Source: Anolis carolinensis (taxonomy: Eukaryota). From it: a DNA stretch of 64,000 nucleotides. Location: the NCBI RefSeq assembly GCF_035594765.1, contig NC_085844.1, positions 195,812,107-195,876,106 on the forward strand. Direction: 5' to 3'. The notes beneath the pieces are model-generated. The model made no database searches. It worked only from the letters and a program-made list of their open reading frames with translations, and had not been told where the DNA came from. How positions within the stretch are numbered: position 1 is the first letter of the stretch; each line of letters opens with the position of its first letter. Positions 46,482-60,500 of this stretch are shown piece after piece. The translations under genes were made by a program, and so were the position numbers.

Positions 46482-48575
46482 ATCTAGACAAATCTTCTGT
46501 TTCTACCATAATCATCCAGATGTTTATGGCAAACCCATAGGTAGGGGATGGATGTAGTAGAACCTTCCCAATTATGTTGTCTGTCTATTACGCAATATTA
46601 AAGACAGCTTGCAGCCATCACAACTGTAATTGAAATCCCCACCTCCATGGGTTTCCTAATGCCCTTTTGAAGCCATCCCAGTTTGTGGCCAAATGGTGAG
46701 AAATTTTTGAAATGGAGTTACTGTATTTTTAGGTGATTTAGCTTTGTAGGTATACAGACTGGAAATTGCTAAAACTGTTTTAGAAATCTTCTGAATAAAA
46801 CCAGCAGAATCCCATAGAGTATGAAATAAGAAACAACCCTTATGGATTTGTCTGTGTATAAAATCCCAAGGGAAGAAATCAAGGCAATAGGAATACCACA
46901 AAAAATAGCAGGCATTTGGCTCTAATTCACAGCCAGAAATTTTTAAAATGTATATAAACAGAATTTGGAAATCTTGCATTAACATGCAGTATTGGTAACA
47001 TAAAATGTGATGTTTCATCGGATGCTCTAGTCCAGAATGTTGCACCCAATAATGGTTACAAAGAAGTTGTGGAGACAGCAAGAAATCTCATTCAATTGCC
47101 TTAACATATGGCATTCAGAGGCTATCTTTGCAAATGGAGTCGACCCATACTCCTTGTTCTAGCTGAAGAAGAAATATCTTTGTGTCCAAATACCTTTGGC
47201 AGTGAAACTATACAGGGCCTTCTTCACAGTGCCATCTCATCAGATATATACCAGGCACTGACTGTGTGGATATTTCTATGCCAGGCTAAGATCCGTCTGT
47301 TTGTTGCATTTGTATTTGCTAGAATATTGCTGGCTTGTATTTAAACAATACTGAATTTTTTAAAAATCCGATAAAACGCACACTGTAATCATTTCCATCT
47401 TCTGTACCGTTTGTGTTAGAACCAAAAGTTTACTTGTATACTTCACCGTTCAGCAGGCCTTACACAGCTGTTTTAGTTAATCATTCAAGTTACGTAACAC
47501 AGTTTGAGAATGATGGAGTCTCAAGGTCATTTCTTTTCCTTCTGACTTAATAGCCTTCATTGCTGAGCAGATCAAAACTTAGTTACACAGTTCCAATTTC
47601 AGTATTCTAAGACACACCAATTAGTTTAGCTCCACCGAGTGGGGAAAATCACTACACATTTTCTAGTTTTCAGATAGTGATTGATCAAACAACTCCTGTA
47701 TGGTTATTCATTTTGATGTCAAAACCAGAGGCAGGGAAGGAATAGGTTAACCACAACAAAAAGGTAGAAAGGGCCACGTAACACACACACTCATCTTTGT
47801 ATTACTGATAGGCCTAGTGTATTTCAGAGGAAAGTTTTGTCTTCAAGGGTAAAAAGATAACTTGAGTATGGCATTTATTAGGAAAGGATATAGTTTGGGG
47901 TTTTTGGAATTTGATTGTGCATATCAACTAGGCATCAAGAGAGAGATTTCTTAGCATAGGGTCAGGGTCTCATTGCAGTATTCATTTTAGCCTGGAAGTT
48001 TTGGTAGATAAGAATATGAGATTAACACCCTTCCTGTGAAAAACTAAAAAGGGGAAATAGTCCCCTCTATAAAAGTTTCTAGAAGAGAGGCTTGCATCTG
48101 CACAGTAGGGAACACTTTGTGAAAACATCTGCTATAAACCAAACCTGTTATTTCAGATCACAGTCTCTGGTTTTGTTCTACAAGGGTTTATTAATACTAG
48201 CCTAGATAAGTTTCCTCACTGGTGGAAGCAATGCATATGACTTGAGATGACCCCCCCCCCCCCCCCAACAAGGCACATGGGTTTGGATTCTCCTTGTTAT
48301 TCAACACTTGCTGCATCCATTAACCACTTAAATTAGATATTTTTGTCCTTGGAGTAAGAATATTTTAGACCTTGCTAATCACTTTCTCCCATTACATATC
48401 TATAAATAGGGTAAAGCACTGCTCAAGTATAGCTTTCACAAGGAACTCCACTGCAAGATCTGATAAAAGGTTATGCTAATCTAGGGATAGAAATGATACA
48501 GAAGTCTTGAGCTACAGGACCAAAGAAAGATACTATCAGAGTCGATATAGTCACAATTAAGTATGTCGTTCTTGT

Positions 48576-48631
48576 CCACAAATCAAAACAAGCCACACCT
48601 TCCAAAAGATAATCATCAGATTTAATTTATT
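48576..48631 (-). terminator. Candidate distal FRS3 polyadenylation site
   Basis: Overlapping AATAAA/ATTAAA (48621-48631) followed on the minus strand by GU-rich GGTGTGGCTTGTTTTGATTTGTGG. Confidence 0.4.
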
Positions 48632-51600
48632 TCAGATACATTCTTAGTGCACATTAAAATAAGACACGAGCGCTCCTCGATCACATGGCACTGCTAATGC
48701 TCTTCGCTTTGAAGGCTACACTCAGATGAGACACAAAGAGGGAAGGAACAGAGGTACACAGCAGGAGTCACTTGAAGAAAAATCACAGAGCAACTTGTAC
48801 AGCCAGAGCAGCTGGGCATCCCCAAGTGCCTTTCCTGCCACATCAGAGAGTGTCAGTATCAAAGACATCAAGTACAAGTAACTATGAAGAAAACTGCACA
48901 TGGTAAAAGCTTGAGATTTGCCTTGGTAGTTGGACTTTTCAGTAGGAATCACTTAACTGGGGGAATGGGACTTCCTTTCTGCAGTTATATTTCTTTCAGT
49001 ATACTGAGTGAGTTAAACAGCAGCTCATATTTCCTAGGTTCTAGTCTGGTAACATATCCAACATAAAGGCATCTAGCCAAAAAAGGTAACTGCAGGAGTT
49101 TAGAATTTCAGAAGAAGCTGAAAAATCATAAAGAAGGATACAGCCACGAGGTGGCTACCTTTCACAAGGGACAGAGGTCCTGCACTTCTAACACCTGTGT
49201 ATGACGAAAAATACTGCCAGATGCAGGTTCCCTGGTCATTGGAAAGGAAATGGCACCATGCATCATTGTTATCGCTATTTAGAACACAGCTTTGTTCTGT
49301 TTTTCCTCCATTCAAGAACACAAGAAACATATATAAAGTTGCGTAGGATGGGATATACAGAAATTTTACAAATAAGGCCTCTTCTTCCACAAGAAGCAAG
49401 ACAGTTACCCAACCAAGAAGTACAGGCACATCCACTGTGAGGCAACAAAGCATATATTGGAAATCACAGACATCCTATCCCTTTCATATCAAGTGTAAAA
49501 CAAAGAAACAACCAACCAAAGATTGTATTTGATGTGCAAAACAAAGTGTATAATAATTCTTGGCACTTATGTCACACAAACCCTATGTACACACCTTCCA
49601 CATAACTGCACAGCCATTATGATAGAACCTGTACTGGATTAATTTTTGCCTGTCCCAGTCTTGGGAAAAGCAAGGCAACCTCTTCAGGGGAAAATGACAG
49701 CAATCCAAGTTAGTCCGACAAAGGACATCACTTGGTAACTGACTAGAATTTATATGTTGAACTCAACTGTCCTTCTCATAGCACCTTAAAAGAAGGTAAA
49801 TATCCACTTTGGATGCTGAGCACCTTGTGTCAAGAGATGGGGCAGCATAACCCATTATGCCTATGAGGTTTATAGAAATTGCCTACAAGGCCACAGAACT
49901 TTCTGTTTTGCTAGCTTTGTTATTATTAAGGCTAATGTGGCACATGAAAGCAAATGAGAAAATAACAATTTCTACTCACATGTCTGAACCACACATTCTG
50001 TAAATGATTGCTCAAATGTGCAAATCAAAAGAAAAACAAATAAAAGCCAACACACAGAGCTCAGGAAACAGAGAAATCATTTTCTTAAGCCTAGAAAGGA
50101 GAAGTACAAAAATAATAGTTTGGAAAATACTGACTTTTAAATGTTGACTGAGGGCTGAACAGAAGTATTAACTTCTCAGATTACTGTTGTCCTAGTTTAT
50201 ATGGAATAGATTACTACACGTTTCGTAAATAGGTTTGGGCTGAGATGGACGTATAGAAAGACTTTGGGCTAAAAATAATGGGTTTTGTAAACTCTCTCTT
50301 TAGAAATGTTGCCTTTTAGAATTCTTCCAAGCAAAGCAATCCTGTACCCTTAAAAGCCCCATGAGATAAACATGCTCCACACACATAGCTTTCTTTATTA
50401 CTACATTGTTATAATGGAGGAAAGTGCCACCTTTTGACGTTATGCTTCTCATGCACCTATCCAGAGAGCCCTCTGTGATGGCAACCTTGCACTTCTTGTC
50501 AACCTTACACTTGTTCTCTTGACAATAAGACCAATTATAACTTGTCCTGGAAAAGTCTTTGTTGGCACAGCACAGATGGGTGTGAAAACAGCCAATGTCT
50601 ACCAAAATTAATAGTAAAAAAATACAAGACAGACACTTAGGAAAAGTTAACAATAGGCATACACTTCAGAAAGACAACGCTGGGGGGCAGCAAGCTAAAG
50701 CCTGTTTTATGGAGGCTGCGGAATCACTGTCTCCACAAAACACTTTAGCTATACTAATCACAGTTTGGTGTCCAATCGTTTAAAATCTGGGCAGTGCACA
50801 TTTCATGTCTTCACGTTTGTAACATGAATCCAGAGAACATAGAATTTCAAAAGCAAAGTTCTAGCTCTTCTTATAATAAAACAATTCCAAATAGCACAGG
50901 TCATTGTTTCATGAAATCCAATGATGGCTTTTCTCCCCTCCCTCTAATTATTCTTTTGCAAAATCTGCGGAGTAAACAAACCCAAAACAGAAATCAAGGA
51001 GACCTCTGTGCTGTTTTTCTTCCTTCTCTTTCCCAACTATCTAATGGTCATTGTGCGAGATCAGGTATTATTCCATGGTCACTGCTTCCCAAAGTTATTT
51101 GATCGTTAATTAACTCTTATGTTCCCTAATTTGTGAGGCTGCAATAACACTAATTCTTTATGTTAACTGAATGGATAAATCAGGTTTGCTACAGACAGCC
51201 CGGCTTGCTATTCACACTGAGTTGTGATTAAATACTATCTGAGAAATTGATTCACTTCCCTGGATTTGTACTTACCTGTCCAATATCTCATTACGAGCAA
51301 GCCATTAGTTATTGCTTTGCCATGAGCAACAGCACATGAATTCAAGAAATGAACTGTAAGCCATTACATCTAGTGGAAGTACATATCATAGGTATTGAAA
51401 CTAGTTTACAGTGGCAATTAGAGACAAGCAATTACTTTGATTCTATGTAAAGGAAATAAGAGAAGGCATTTTCTCACTAGTTTTAGCAATGTATGAAAAG
51501 AGAGAATGTCACAGAAAAGATATAATGATGAAAGGCCATTCTTCATTAACATCTGTTAATCAACTTCTCTTGTTTTTGTGGCGTAGCGCTTAGAAAGGCA

Positions 51601-52484
51601 TTGGTGATGAAGCAAAATTAAATTCATTATTCTATGAATCTGATTAAAGATGAAAGTTAACTAACCACTTGAGCTTCTCATGGCTGGTGGCTTGATCACT
51701 AAAAACTATTAAAAACTACCCCTTACCCTGAAAACAACAACACCAAAAACAGCGCTGGAAATTGTGGGATGTGAGGGGACAATGCATCTTTATGCCTTTT
51801 CTTCCAGCAGCAAAAAGAAATCTCTGTACCTTTGAATTCATCTTAAATTCAAGCACATATCACATACATTGAGGTGCATTGGGTGGCCACATCATGGCTT
51901 ACGGGCTGAAAAACATCTGCTCAACTTGCAATACCAATCCTCTGCCTAACAATTCTTCTTGCTCAGCTTTCTTCTCTGTTTTCTAGAGTCTAGAAGATAT
52001 GAGAACTTATGCAGCTGTCATACATAGAATAAGACAATGATTTCAACTGGGTTAATATTGCCCAACATGACTGGCAGCAAGCTTTTTCCATCTTACCTCA
52101 CAATGCTGGGGAATAGCCCTGGCCCCATCTATACTGCCATAGAATGCAGCTTCACTGCATTATATGACAATGTAGATGACTCCTTGATAATTTTACACAC
52201 AAAGCATGTACTGACCAATGAACCTTGATCCCCCCCCCTCAAATATTGACATTACAATCCACAGAAGCAAGCATACCAAAATAGGGCCCTGCAATACATT
52301 TTTTAAATTTAAAATAATGATTCTAGAAATGCTTGAACAATTTCCAAAAGCATTGTAATACCTCCTTCTTTGGGTAGGGCTTTACTGTTTGAGATTAAGA
52401 TGACATGGAGAAAAGATCCTAACAATGGCAATTTAAATTGATAATTTCTCTGCACTTCTTGTTATAAATATTTCTAAATGGTCT

Positions 52485-52880
52485 GTCTAGTTCTGGGCAA
52501 CATAGCTTCAGAAGGACATCAAAAACTGCAATGTGTGTAGAGGAAGGTGATTAAGATGGTACAGTGTGAAAACCAAGCCATGAGAAGGTTGAAAGATGAT
52601 AGGATAGCTATGTTCAAAACCTGCAGTGCTGTCATGTAGAGTGATTCTGTACAAGCTTGTTTTCTGTTGCTCCAAAGGGTGGACTCAACCAATGGACTCA
52701 AATTACAATTAAACATGAGGAAGAACGTCCTGACAATAAGAGCTGTCAGACTGGGGTTCCAGACTTCTTTGGGAGGTGCTGGATTCTTTCTCTTGGACCT
52801 TTTAAACAGACATTTGTTGGCCATCTGTCACTGATAATTTATGAGAGGAGGCTAAACTTGATGACTATGGGATACATTTA
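52485..52880 (+). mobile_element. Degraded CR1 LINE 3' fragment
   Basis: TTGTTTTCTGTTGCTCC...AAACATGAGGAAGAAC.TCCTGACA.TAAGAGCTGT resembles a CR1 3' end. Confidence 0.55.
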
Positions 52881-54587
52881 AACCCTTTGTGTTTTCAGGG
52901 CGGCTTAGAAATTGAAAATAAATAGAAAATTAAACCAGATAAAAATAACACCATAATAAAAATAATAAAAACAATGAAAAGTAGGGAGAAAACTGGGGAC
53001 AAAATTCAGAGGTGATGACACTTTTCTTATCTTGACCCAACAGTATTTATAATCTGCATTATCAACAAGAAAGAGCTACCACCTCTAATGAGTACAAACA
53101 AATTACAACTGCTACTAGGAGAGCTTCTAACCCACACTTCTGTAAAGACTTAATACATGGTGGGTTTCCTAGAGATCCCTCACCCATACAGTTGGCTGAC
53201 TTGACAGCACATGACAGCAACAAAGAGAGGCAGGTAAATTATTATTCTTGGAGGCGCTACATTTGGGGTAGAGTAGTAGCAAAAAAATGGGGGTAGGGGA
53301 GAAGGGAAATTGCCATGTGCACATTCCTTATTTTAGATTTATCTTCCTTCTAAAGCAGATGTGGAACCAACAATAAAAGGCTCTGTTAAGTCTTCAAGCT
53401 TATTACTCACAAATGCTGTGTTAGGATCCACTCATGTATTCAAATGACTTAAGAGCTGGACACAATAAGGCAAGGCTGAGGGAGAGAGGTTCCAAATGAC
53501 ACCAGGAAAACAGCGAAACATATTTGCATTGAAATCTCTTCCTAGCACTGACACTATGATAAAGTTGGCTTCTCACAAAGACTCTGTCGGACAAGTATGA
53601 AAGCAACAGCAGCAATCTATGAGAGGCTTTTTAAAAAAGAGTTTTTGCTATATACCGTCCTGTGGTTCTTTTTGCTGAAATGCCAGAGAGAAGGGTAAGA
53701 CTAAGAAACAGGGATGTGAACTAGGAAATTGGACTTCTTTACATGTGGAATGATCTCTTGAGGGTTCATGAGATCAGACCCATTCTGACATTCATTTCCC
53801 AGCTGCAACAGATTCATGGCTCTCCTTCCTCAGCGATCCACTTTAATAGGCACCATTAAAGCAATGGGATCTAATCCAACACTTTAGGCTCAATCACTTC
53901 CCTCTCATGAAAAAAACATCAAACCGCAAAGCATTTTACTTTTGCTTGGCACCTTAACTTAGAGGCATAATTTAAAATAAATAAATAAATGAAAAAAGTA
54001 GAGGTGGACCCCTGACCAATAAACAAACACATAAATAAATAAATACATAAATACATAAATAAATAAATATTTCAAAAATAAATATCCCTTTGTACACCTT
54101 CAAAAACAAAAGGATAAATAAAGCACTCTCTGGCCATTGTTCTATCTGTACCACCAAAAGTTTGAATATTTTTGTTCATTCTGTTGTAATGCTTTGATTT
54201 TTTTTCCAAACCCAACACATCCTATCACTAGGGGCTTAAAATGGATCCCACAAAAATGAGAATGAGAGCTTTCCAGATAAGATTAACATACAAAGTAAGA
54301 GAGGGAACAGGTAGTAAATCTGATGTTACTCCTCCTCTTAATAACCAAAGTCAAGTTTCCGTCCACTTGGCAGGGCTTCAAAAACTATATGGCAGGAGAA
54401 AATGGGGCGTGGTGGAAATGGGAAGAGGCACAGAGAGGCTACATTTCTCAAGTTAATAGTATGGAGCTATCCAAGTAGGTCACAATGAGAAACACAGGGC
54501 ACAATGGGAAGATGCCAGGTATGCAACATGATTAGCTGAAGAGCAGGAACAAAAGCCACAATGTGGTGCTTGGTTTTGGCATCCCTC

Positions 54588-57500
54588 TTATAGAGGGAGG
54601 TCAGTGCTGTTATGCCGCGTTTTCCTAGAAGTCCCATCATCCCTAGGCAGTGCCCTCTGCAAGCTGGACATGGCTGCTGTCTTTTTAAGATCAATGACTG
54701 CGTAGGAATCCGTCCTGCGGGCTGGGTGGGCAGCCGAACGTGGGGCACGGGGGACTGGTGTGCTTTGGCACCCTTTGTGGGGGTCATCCTCCAGTTCCAC
54801 TTGGATATAATTGAGCTGCCTCGGCTGCTCCATACAGGGCCGTCGGAAGTCAAAATTGAAGACGTTGGGTGTGCAACTGCGGCGGCGTTGTATACAACCA
54901 CCCCTATGCCGGCCTCCATGCAGGGCAGCGCTTTCTGAATTCATGTAGTTACGTAAAGGGTCCTCCTCATCCTCCAGCTCAGGATAACCGTTGGGCGAAG
55001 GTGTCATTGCATCTCCAGAGTCCTCATCATCCTGCTCTTGTCTCAGTGGTTGGCACTCCCACACAGGTGGCAGCGAGGGCAGGTTCTCATAGTGTAGTAG
55101 GGTGCTCCGACGATGGGAGCAGCTGGGTGGATTCAGATCTTCTCGAGCTATTTTCAAGCGCCCACTTCCCCGGCGATGCAAGGTACCTCGAGCAGGCAGG
55201 AGGCCATTTATATTCTCATAGACATATTTTGGGGTAAGGCACTCATCCTTGCACTCATTGTTGTTGTTGTGGGTACAGATATGCCCTGTGCATTCCCAAT
55301 GGGGTCGGCAGAAGCCATCACATTTCATCATGTGCCTGTAACCAGGAGCAGGGCCCAGCACAAACTTCACCTCTCCTGGCTGTAGGTATATCTGAGGATT
55401 GCGATCCTCCAGGGAGCAGCTATGGCTGGGATGAGAAATAGGAGGATGGACTTCAGGCAAAGTGTGCATGCAGTGGTGACCCCTCATGTCTTCCTCACCA
55501 CCAGCTGTGTTCACATATGTGTGAGACTGCAAGGAGAGAGAAAAAGTTGGAGGGTCATAAAGAAGGGAACAATGTACAGGTACCAGGAAGCATATTCATG
55601 AGGATCAAGGTATTAACTAAGGGTGTTAATGCAATGTAGGGAAAAACATGAGGGAGTTGCAACAATAGGTTCAACACATGAGGCAAACACATGACAGTAT
55701 GTGACTTCTCTGATTCAACAGACCTTACACTGAATTTTAAATGATTCGGTCTCCCAAAATAAGATAGGTTTGATCTAAGCATAAAGCTAAACACATTGAG
55801 GAGTAAGCACCCAGTGAAAACAGTGGGACTTATTTCCAAGAGCACATCTACAGAAGTAATGCAGTTTGATGCCACGAACTGAAATGGATTAATGGGAGTT
55901 ATAGTTTTACAAGTTCTTTAGCCTTTTCTGCCCAAGAGTGCTAGTACTTCACCAAACAACAAATCCCAGGATTTCATAGCATTAAGCCATGAGAATTAAA
56001 GTATTGCCAAACTACATTATTTCTACAGTGCTCCTTGCACAGGAAGGTGTTGAGTGTGAATCAGATTTAGAAGCTTGTTTGTTCCCCTTGACTCAATATT
56101 CACTGAGGAATCTCAGATGGCAGTGATATCTTTGGTATACTTTTTACCAGCTTAGAGAAATACATCTAGCAATCCTATCAGGGGAGAATTTATTTTCTTT
56201 AAGTTGTCCATTCAGACTACTGAAATAGGACTTCCACTGAAAATAAATAAAAAATATCAATAAATGCAAAATGCAGTTGCTTGAATATGAAGAATTGATC
56301 ATCAATCATTACATTTAGCTTCTATAATATGCCCAGTGCACTGGTGTTTCTGGGTTCCATTTAAAGTGTTGCTATTTAAAGCTTAAAGCAAAGTGGTACC
56401 CAAGTACTTGAAGGGCTTTTTACTTGTATTGGCCTGTCTACAGCTTGGGTATACATCTGACATCATACTTACTTATCCATTTCTAAGAGCAACTATACTG
56501 GGGAATATGTGCAAAAGATGGTGCAGCAGGGGCTTGATGGGTGCAGTGCATCTATGCTGTAAAATTAATGCCATTTGACACCACTCGAACTGCCATAGCT
56601 CAATTCTATGGAATCATCGGAGTCATAGTTTAAACAAGGTTTTTCTTCTTCTCTGCAAGAATGCTGGTCCCTCATCAAACTATAAATCCCACAGCATTGC
56701 ACCATGGCAGTTAAAGTGATGTCAAATTGCATTAATTCTATGGTGTAGATGGACCCTAGGTTTCAGGTTATGTTATGCAGTTTTAGTTATAATTGTTGGC
56801 TTCTAGAGTTTTTACTTGGCCAGATGTTTTTATGCTAGCATTTTGCTGATTTTTAAAAATTATTTTTAGCATCAATGCATTAAGGGTTTATTTTTCTATT
56901 AAAGGGTCAAGGTTTTCCCTGACACTAAGTCTAGTCGTGTTTGACTCTGGGGGTTGGTGCTCATCTTCATTTCTAAGCCAAAGAGATGGAATTGTCTGTA
57001 GACACCTCCAAGATCATGTGGCTCACATGACTGCATAGAGTGCCATTATTATCTTCCCACCAGAGTAGTACTACCTATCGATCTACTCACATTTGCATGT
57101 TTTCAAACTGCTAGGTTGGCAGAAGCTGGGGCTAACAGCAGGAGCTCACCCTGCTCCCTGGATTTGAACTGCCAACCTTTTGGTTAGCAAGTTCAGCAGC
57201 TCAGCAGTTTAACCTGTCTTGGGAGGATTTTTCTCTAAAAGTAGATCTATAAATATTTTATATAATCATTGCCTATACAGGTTGAATTTAGTTCCTATAA
57301 ACCGAGGCAGTTAAAAACACATTTTCAGTTTCACTCTTGTGGCATACCTTGTTCAAAAACAGGATTTTAAAAAATCTAATTAAAAAAAATCAGTTTAAAT
57401 TCTCCTAATTTCTCTTTTTACGCCCACCCACATTGCAATGCTCATTGCAAAATGACTGGGTTAATAATAAAGATCTCAACCGGCATTTGGAAACAATAAA

Positions 57501-60500
57501 CATTGACAAAATTACGATCTGCCAACTGCAAAAGGCCACCCTACTGGGATCTGCGCGCATCAGAAAATACATCACACAGTCCTAGACACTTGGGAAGTGT
57601 TCAACTTGTGATTTTGTGAAACGAAATCCAGCATATCTATCTTGTTTGCTATGTCATACAATAATAATAATAATAGTAATAGTAATACTTTATTTATACC
57701 CCGCCACCATCTCCCATAGGGACTCAGGGTGGCTCACAAAATAGCACACAAAGATGCCATAAATAAACTACATAATTCAAAAAAATAAAATACGTCAACA
57801 TGAAAACAATAATGTATATAAAAGGCTTGTATTAACATGGTAATTTATGCCACTAGAGCAGTTATAAAGAAACATACCACCACCAATGAGTATGAAAATT
57901 TCATTATTTATGCAAAGAGATGCAGCTTCACCTTTTAACGGAGAGGTATAGATATTACAGTTTCCTCATATATAGAAGTGAATGATATCCCACCATGCCT
58001 ATCAATGTTTAAAGAAAAAAGATCTACAAAATAGGCGACAAAGAATAGGTGCCTATTTCACTAAGCAGTTTCTACTTTGCTAGCACATATGAACACATAT
58101 TCCGCCCATCATAATGAGAACTTACTTGATCATCAGGCACAATGAGGGCATGTGTTGAGTCCTCACCAACTGAAGAATGCCTTAAACTCCCCATGGAGGT
58201 ATGTCGGACTGCAGGACAAGTTGTGGCCTCAGCAGGAAAGCTATGGAACCCATTGGGAAACCCTGGAACTGTATATGCTAGAGCTGGATAAATATGAAAT
58301 GAGTGTTAAAGACTATGGCTATCAGAACTCCAAAACTGAGTTTAAATGAGATTCTATCTACAGGCCCTTCTACATAGGACCAAAACTCATGATTGATTCT
58401 GGATGAGCCTGAGGTGTCCAACCAACATCTCAGGCTGATCCGGATTCACTCAAGAGTAAACCTGGATTTCCAGGTTTACTCCAGGTTAAAATAACACCTG
58501 AAAAGATCTGGAATTTCAATAAGGTCCAGATCGTTGCAGGTGTGGACCATATGAGGACTGAGTCTCGGGATTGCTTTCTGTGATCTCAAGAATCAATCCC
58601 CACTGCCATCTCCGTTTTTCCAGGGTCTAGGAGCCCAAAGAACCAAGATGGATCTACACTGCCATATAATCCAGTTTCTCGTCCCAGATTATCCACCTTG
58701 AACTAGATTATATGGTAGTGTAGACTCATATAATCCAGTTCAAAGCAGATAATCTGAGATCAAATACTGGATTATATGATAGTGTAGATCCAGCCTAAAT
58801 CATGTATTCTCTGTTCAGTAGCAGCAAAGAGGGTCACCACTGTATGACATGAGGTACATTTTATCAATCAGGCCAGATTGCCTCCTATAGTGAAATGCCA
58901 AATGGCCTAGAACACAGGTTATGTAAACAGAAATTGCACCTACAGTGCAGAATAACAATTTGACACCACTTTAAGTGCCTTGGCTATGGAATACTATGGA
59001 ATCTTGAGATTTGTAATTTGGTGAGCCAAGTTGGGGAGGCACCAGCGCTCTTTGGCAGAGAAGGTTAAAAGCCTTATAAAACTTCAACCCATGACTCCAA
59101 AGCATTGGGCCATAGCAGTCAAAAAGGTGTCAAACTGCATGAATTCCACAATATAGAAATTACACAGACGCCTACATAGAACATATCTGAAATCTTATGT
59201 TATAATGATTGGAAACAGGGTATCACATGAGCACCAAGTTTAGGACTTTACATGGGACACAACTAAACTGATTTTATGACAAAAGGGGCATGAGGATTAA
59301 CTGTTAACATAATCCATAAGGTGAGGAATCATATAGGCAAGGATAGTGACTTATAAAGGGCCCATAAGTGATCCCAATTGAGGAAAGTCAGTAAAAAAGA
59401 TCCTGATGCAAGAGCAATGAACTTCCCTCATGGTGCTACAACATCTCAGTCCCACAATGGAGATGTCTAGTCTTGGATGTGAGCCTACTGTAATAGGATA
59501 TTTGACCCTGCAGAATAATCCAGGTGCTAGTGGAATAAGTTATGCTTGACATGAATATAATTTAACTAATTTAGCCAAGATGTGAGCACTTTACCACTGG
59601 GTGTCTGGGGTGTCCGAGGCAGTTCCATTTCGGCAGCATGACTGTTCCTTGTGATGATTACAGGCTCCTCCACCACATTAATGCTGTTACATTGCATCAA
59701 GTCCTGCAGCAAATTAAAAATCTCCTCCGCTCTTGAGCATTTAAAAGCAAAAATTCCTAGAGTATTGTGGAAAATGAACAGAAAGGTCAGTTTTAATATG
59801 AGCTTACTAGCTACGAACAGCATTTCATTGATGCCTGAGGATTAGAGCACATCTTGCCTTATGAGGTCCATTGGTGGATACTTTTATGATTAGTTGGTTA
59901 GTTTTCTAATGTGCTCATAAGGCAGCATCAGGTAGCTCAAGCTTTACTTTAAGGCAGTATAAAAACTTACAAGAGAATGCAACACTAAGTACAAAAACCA
60001 AAGCAGACACATTTCTCTCATATGCCCAGCTAATTTCTTAATCTATGGGCCTAGTGAGGGAATTCTAGTTGCCCTCTTCCTTCTTAATCAGTAGCCTAAT
60101 TTCTATGTGCTAAAACAACCATTGAATCAGGACCTTTAGATATATTGGTTATCACTTTGGGGAATCAGTGAAAAAGAGAGCTAAGCTTCTTAAGTTTTGT
60201 ACAGCATCTTCTGAAGACAGCGATTTTCAGCCACCACATCAAGGCCTATACCACTCTGGTTAAGAAATAATCTGTTTTATAAGGTATTTGAACATGTTTG
60301 AGCACACTTCATTGACACAGCATGTTGAGTGCAAATTCTCTTGTCACAAGCAAAGAACAATCAATAATTGCTGGCTGATCAAAAGGCACATTTTATAATT
60401 ACTGCCATGCTATTGGGATTTTTTCTTATAAAATAATTTCTGAACAAATAATTCAAACTTAATTTTCTCAGCATGTCTATCCTTAACTTTCCCCTCCACC

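Noticed and set aside
54467-55385. Several overlapping ORFs in other frames and strands
   Set aside because: By-products of the GC-rich FRS3 terminal exon; no independent evidence
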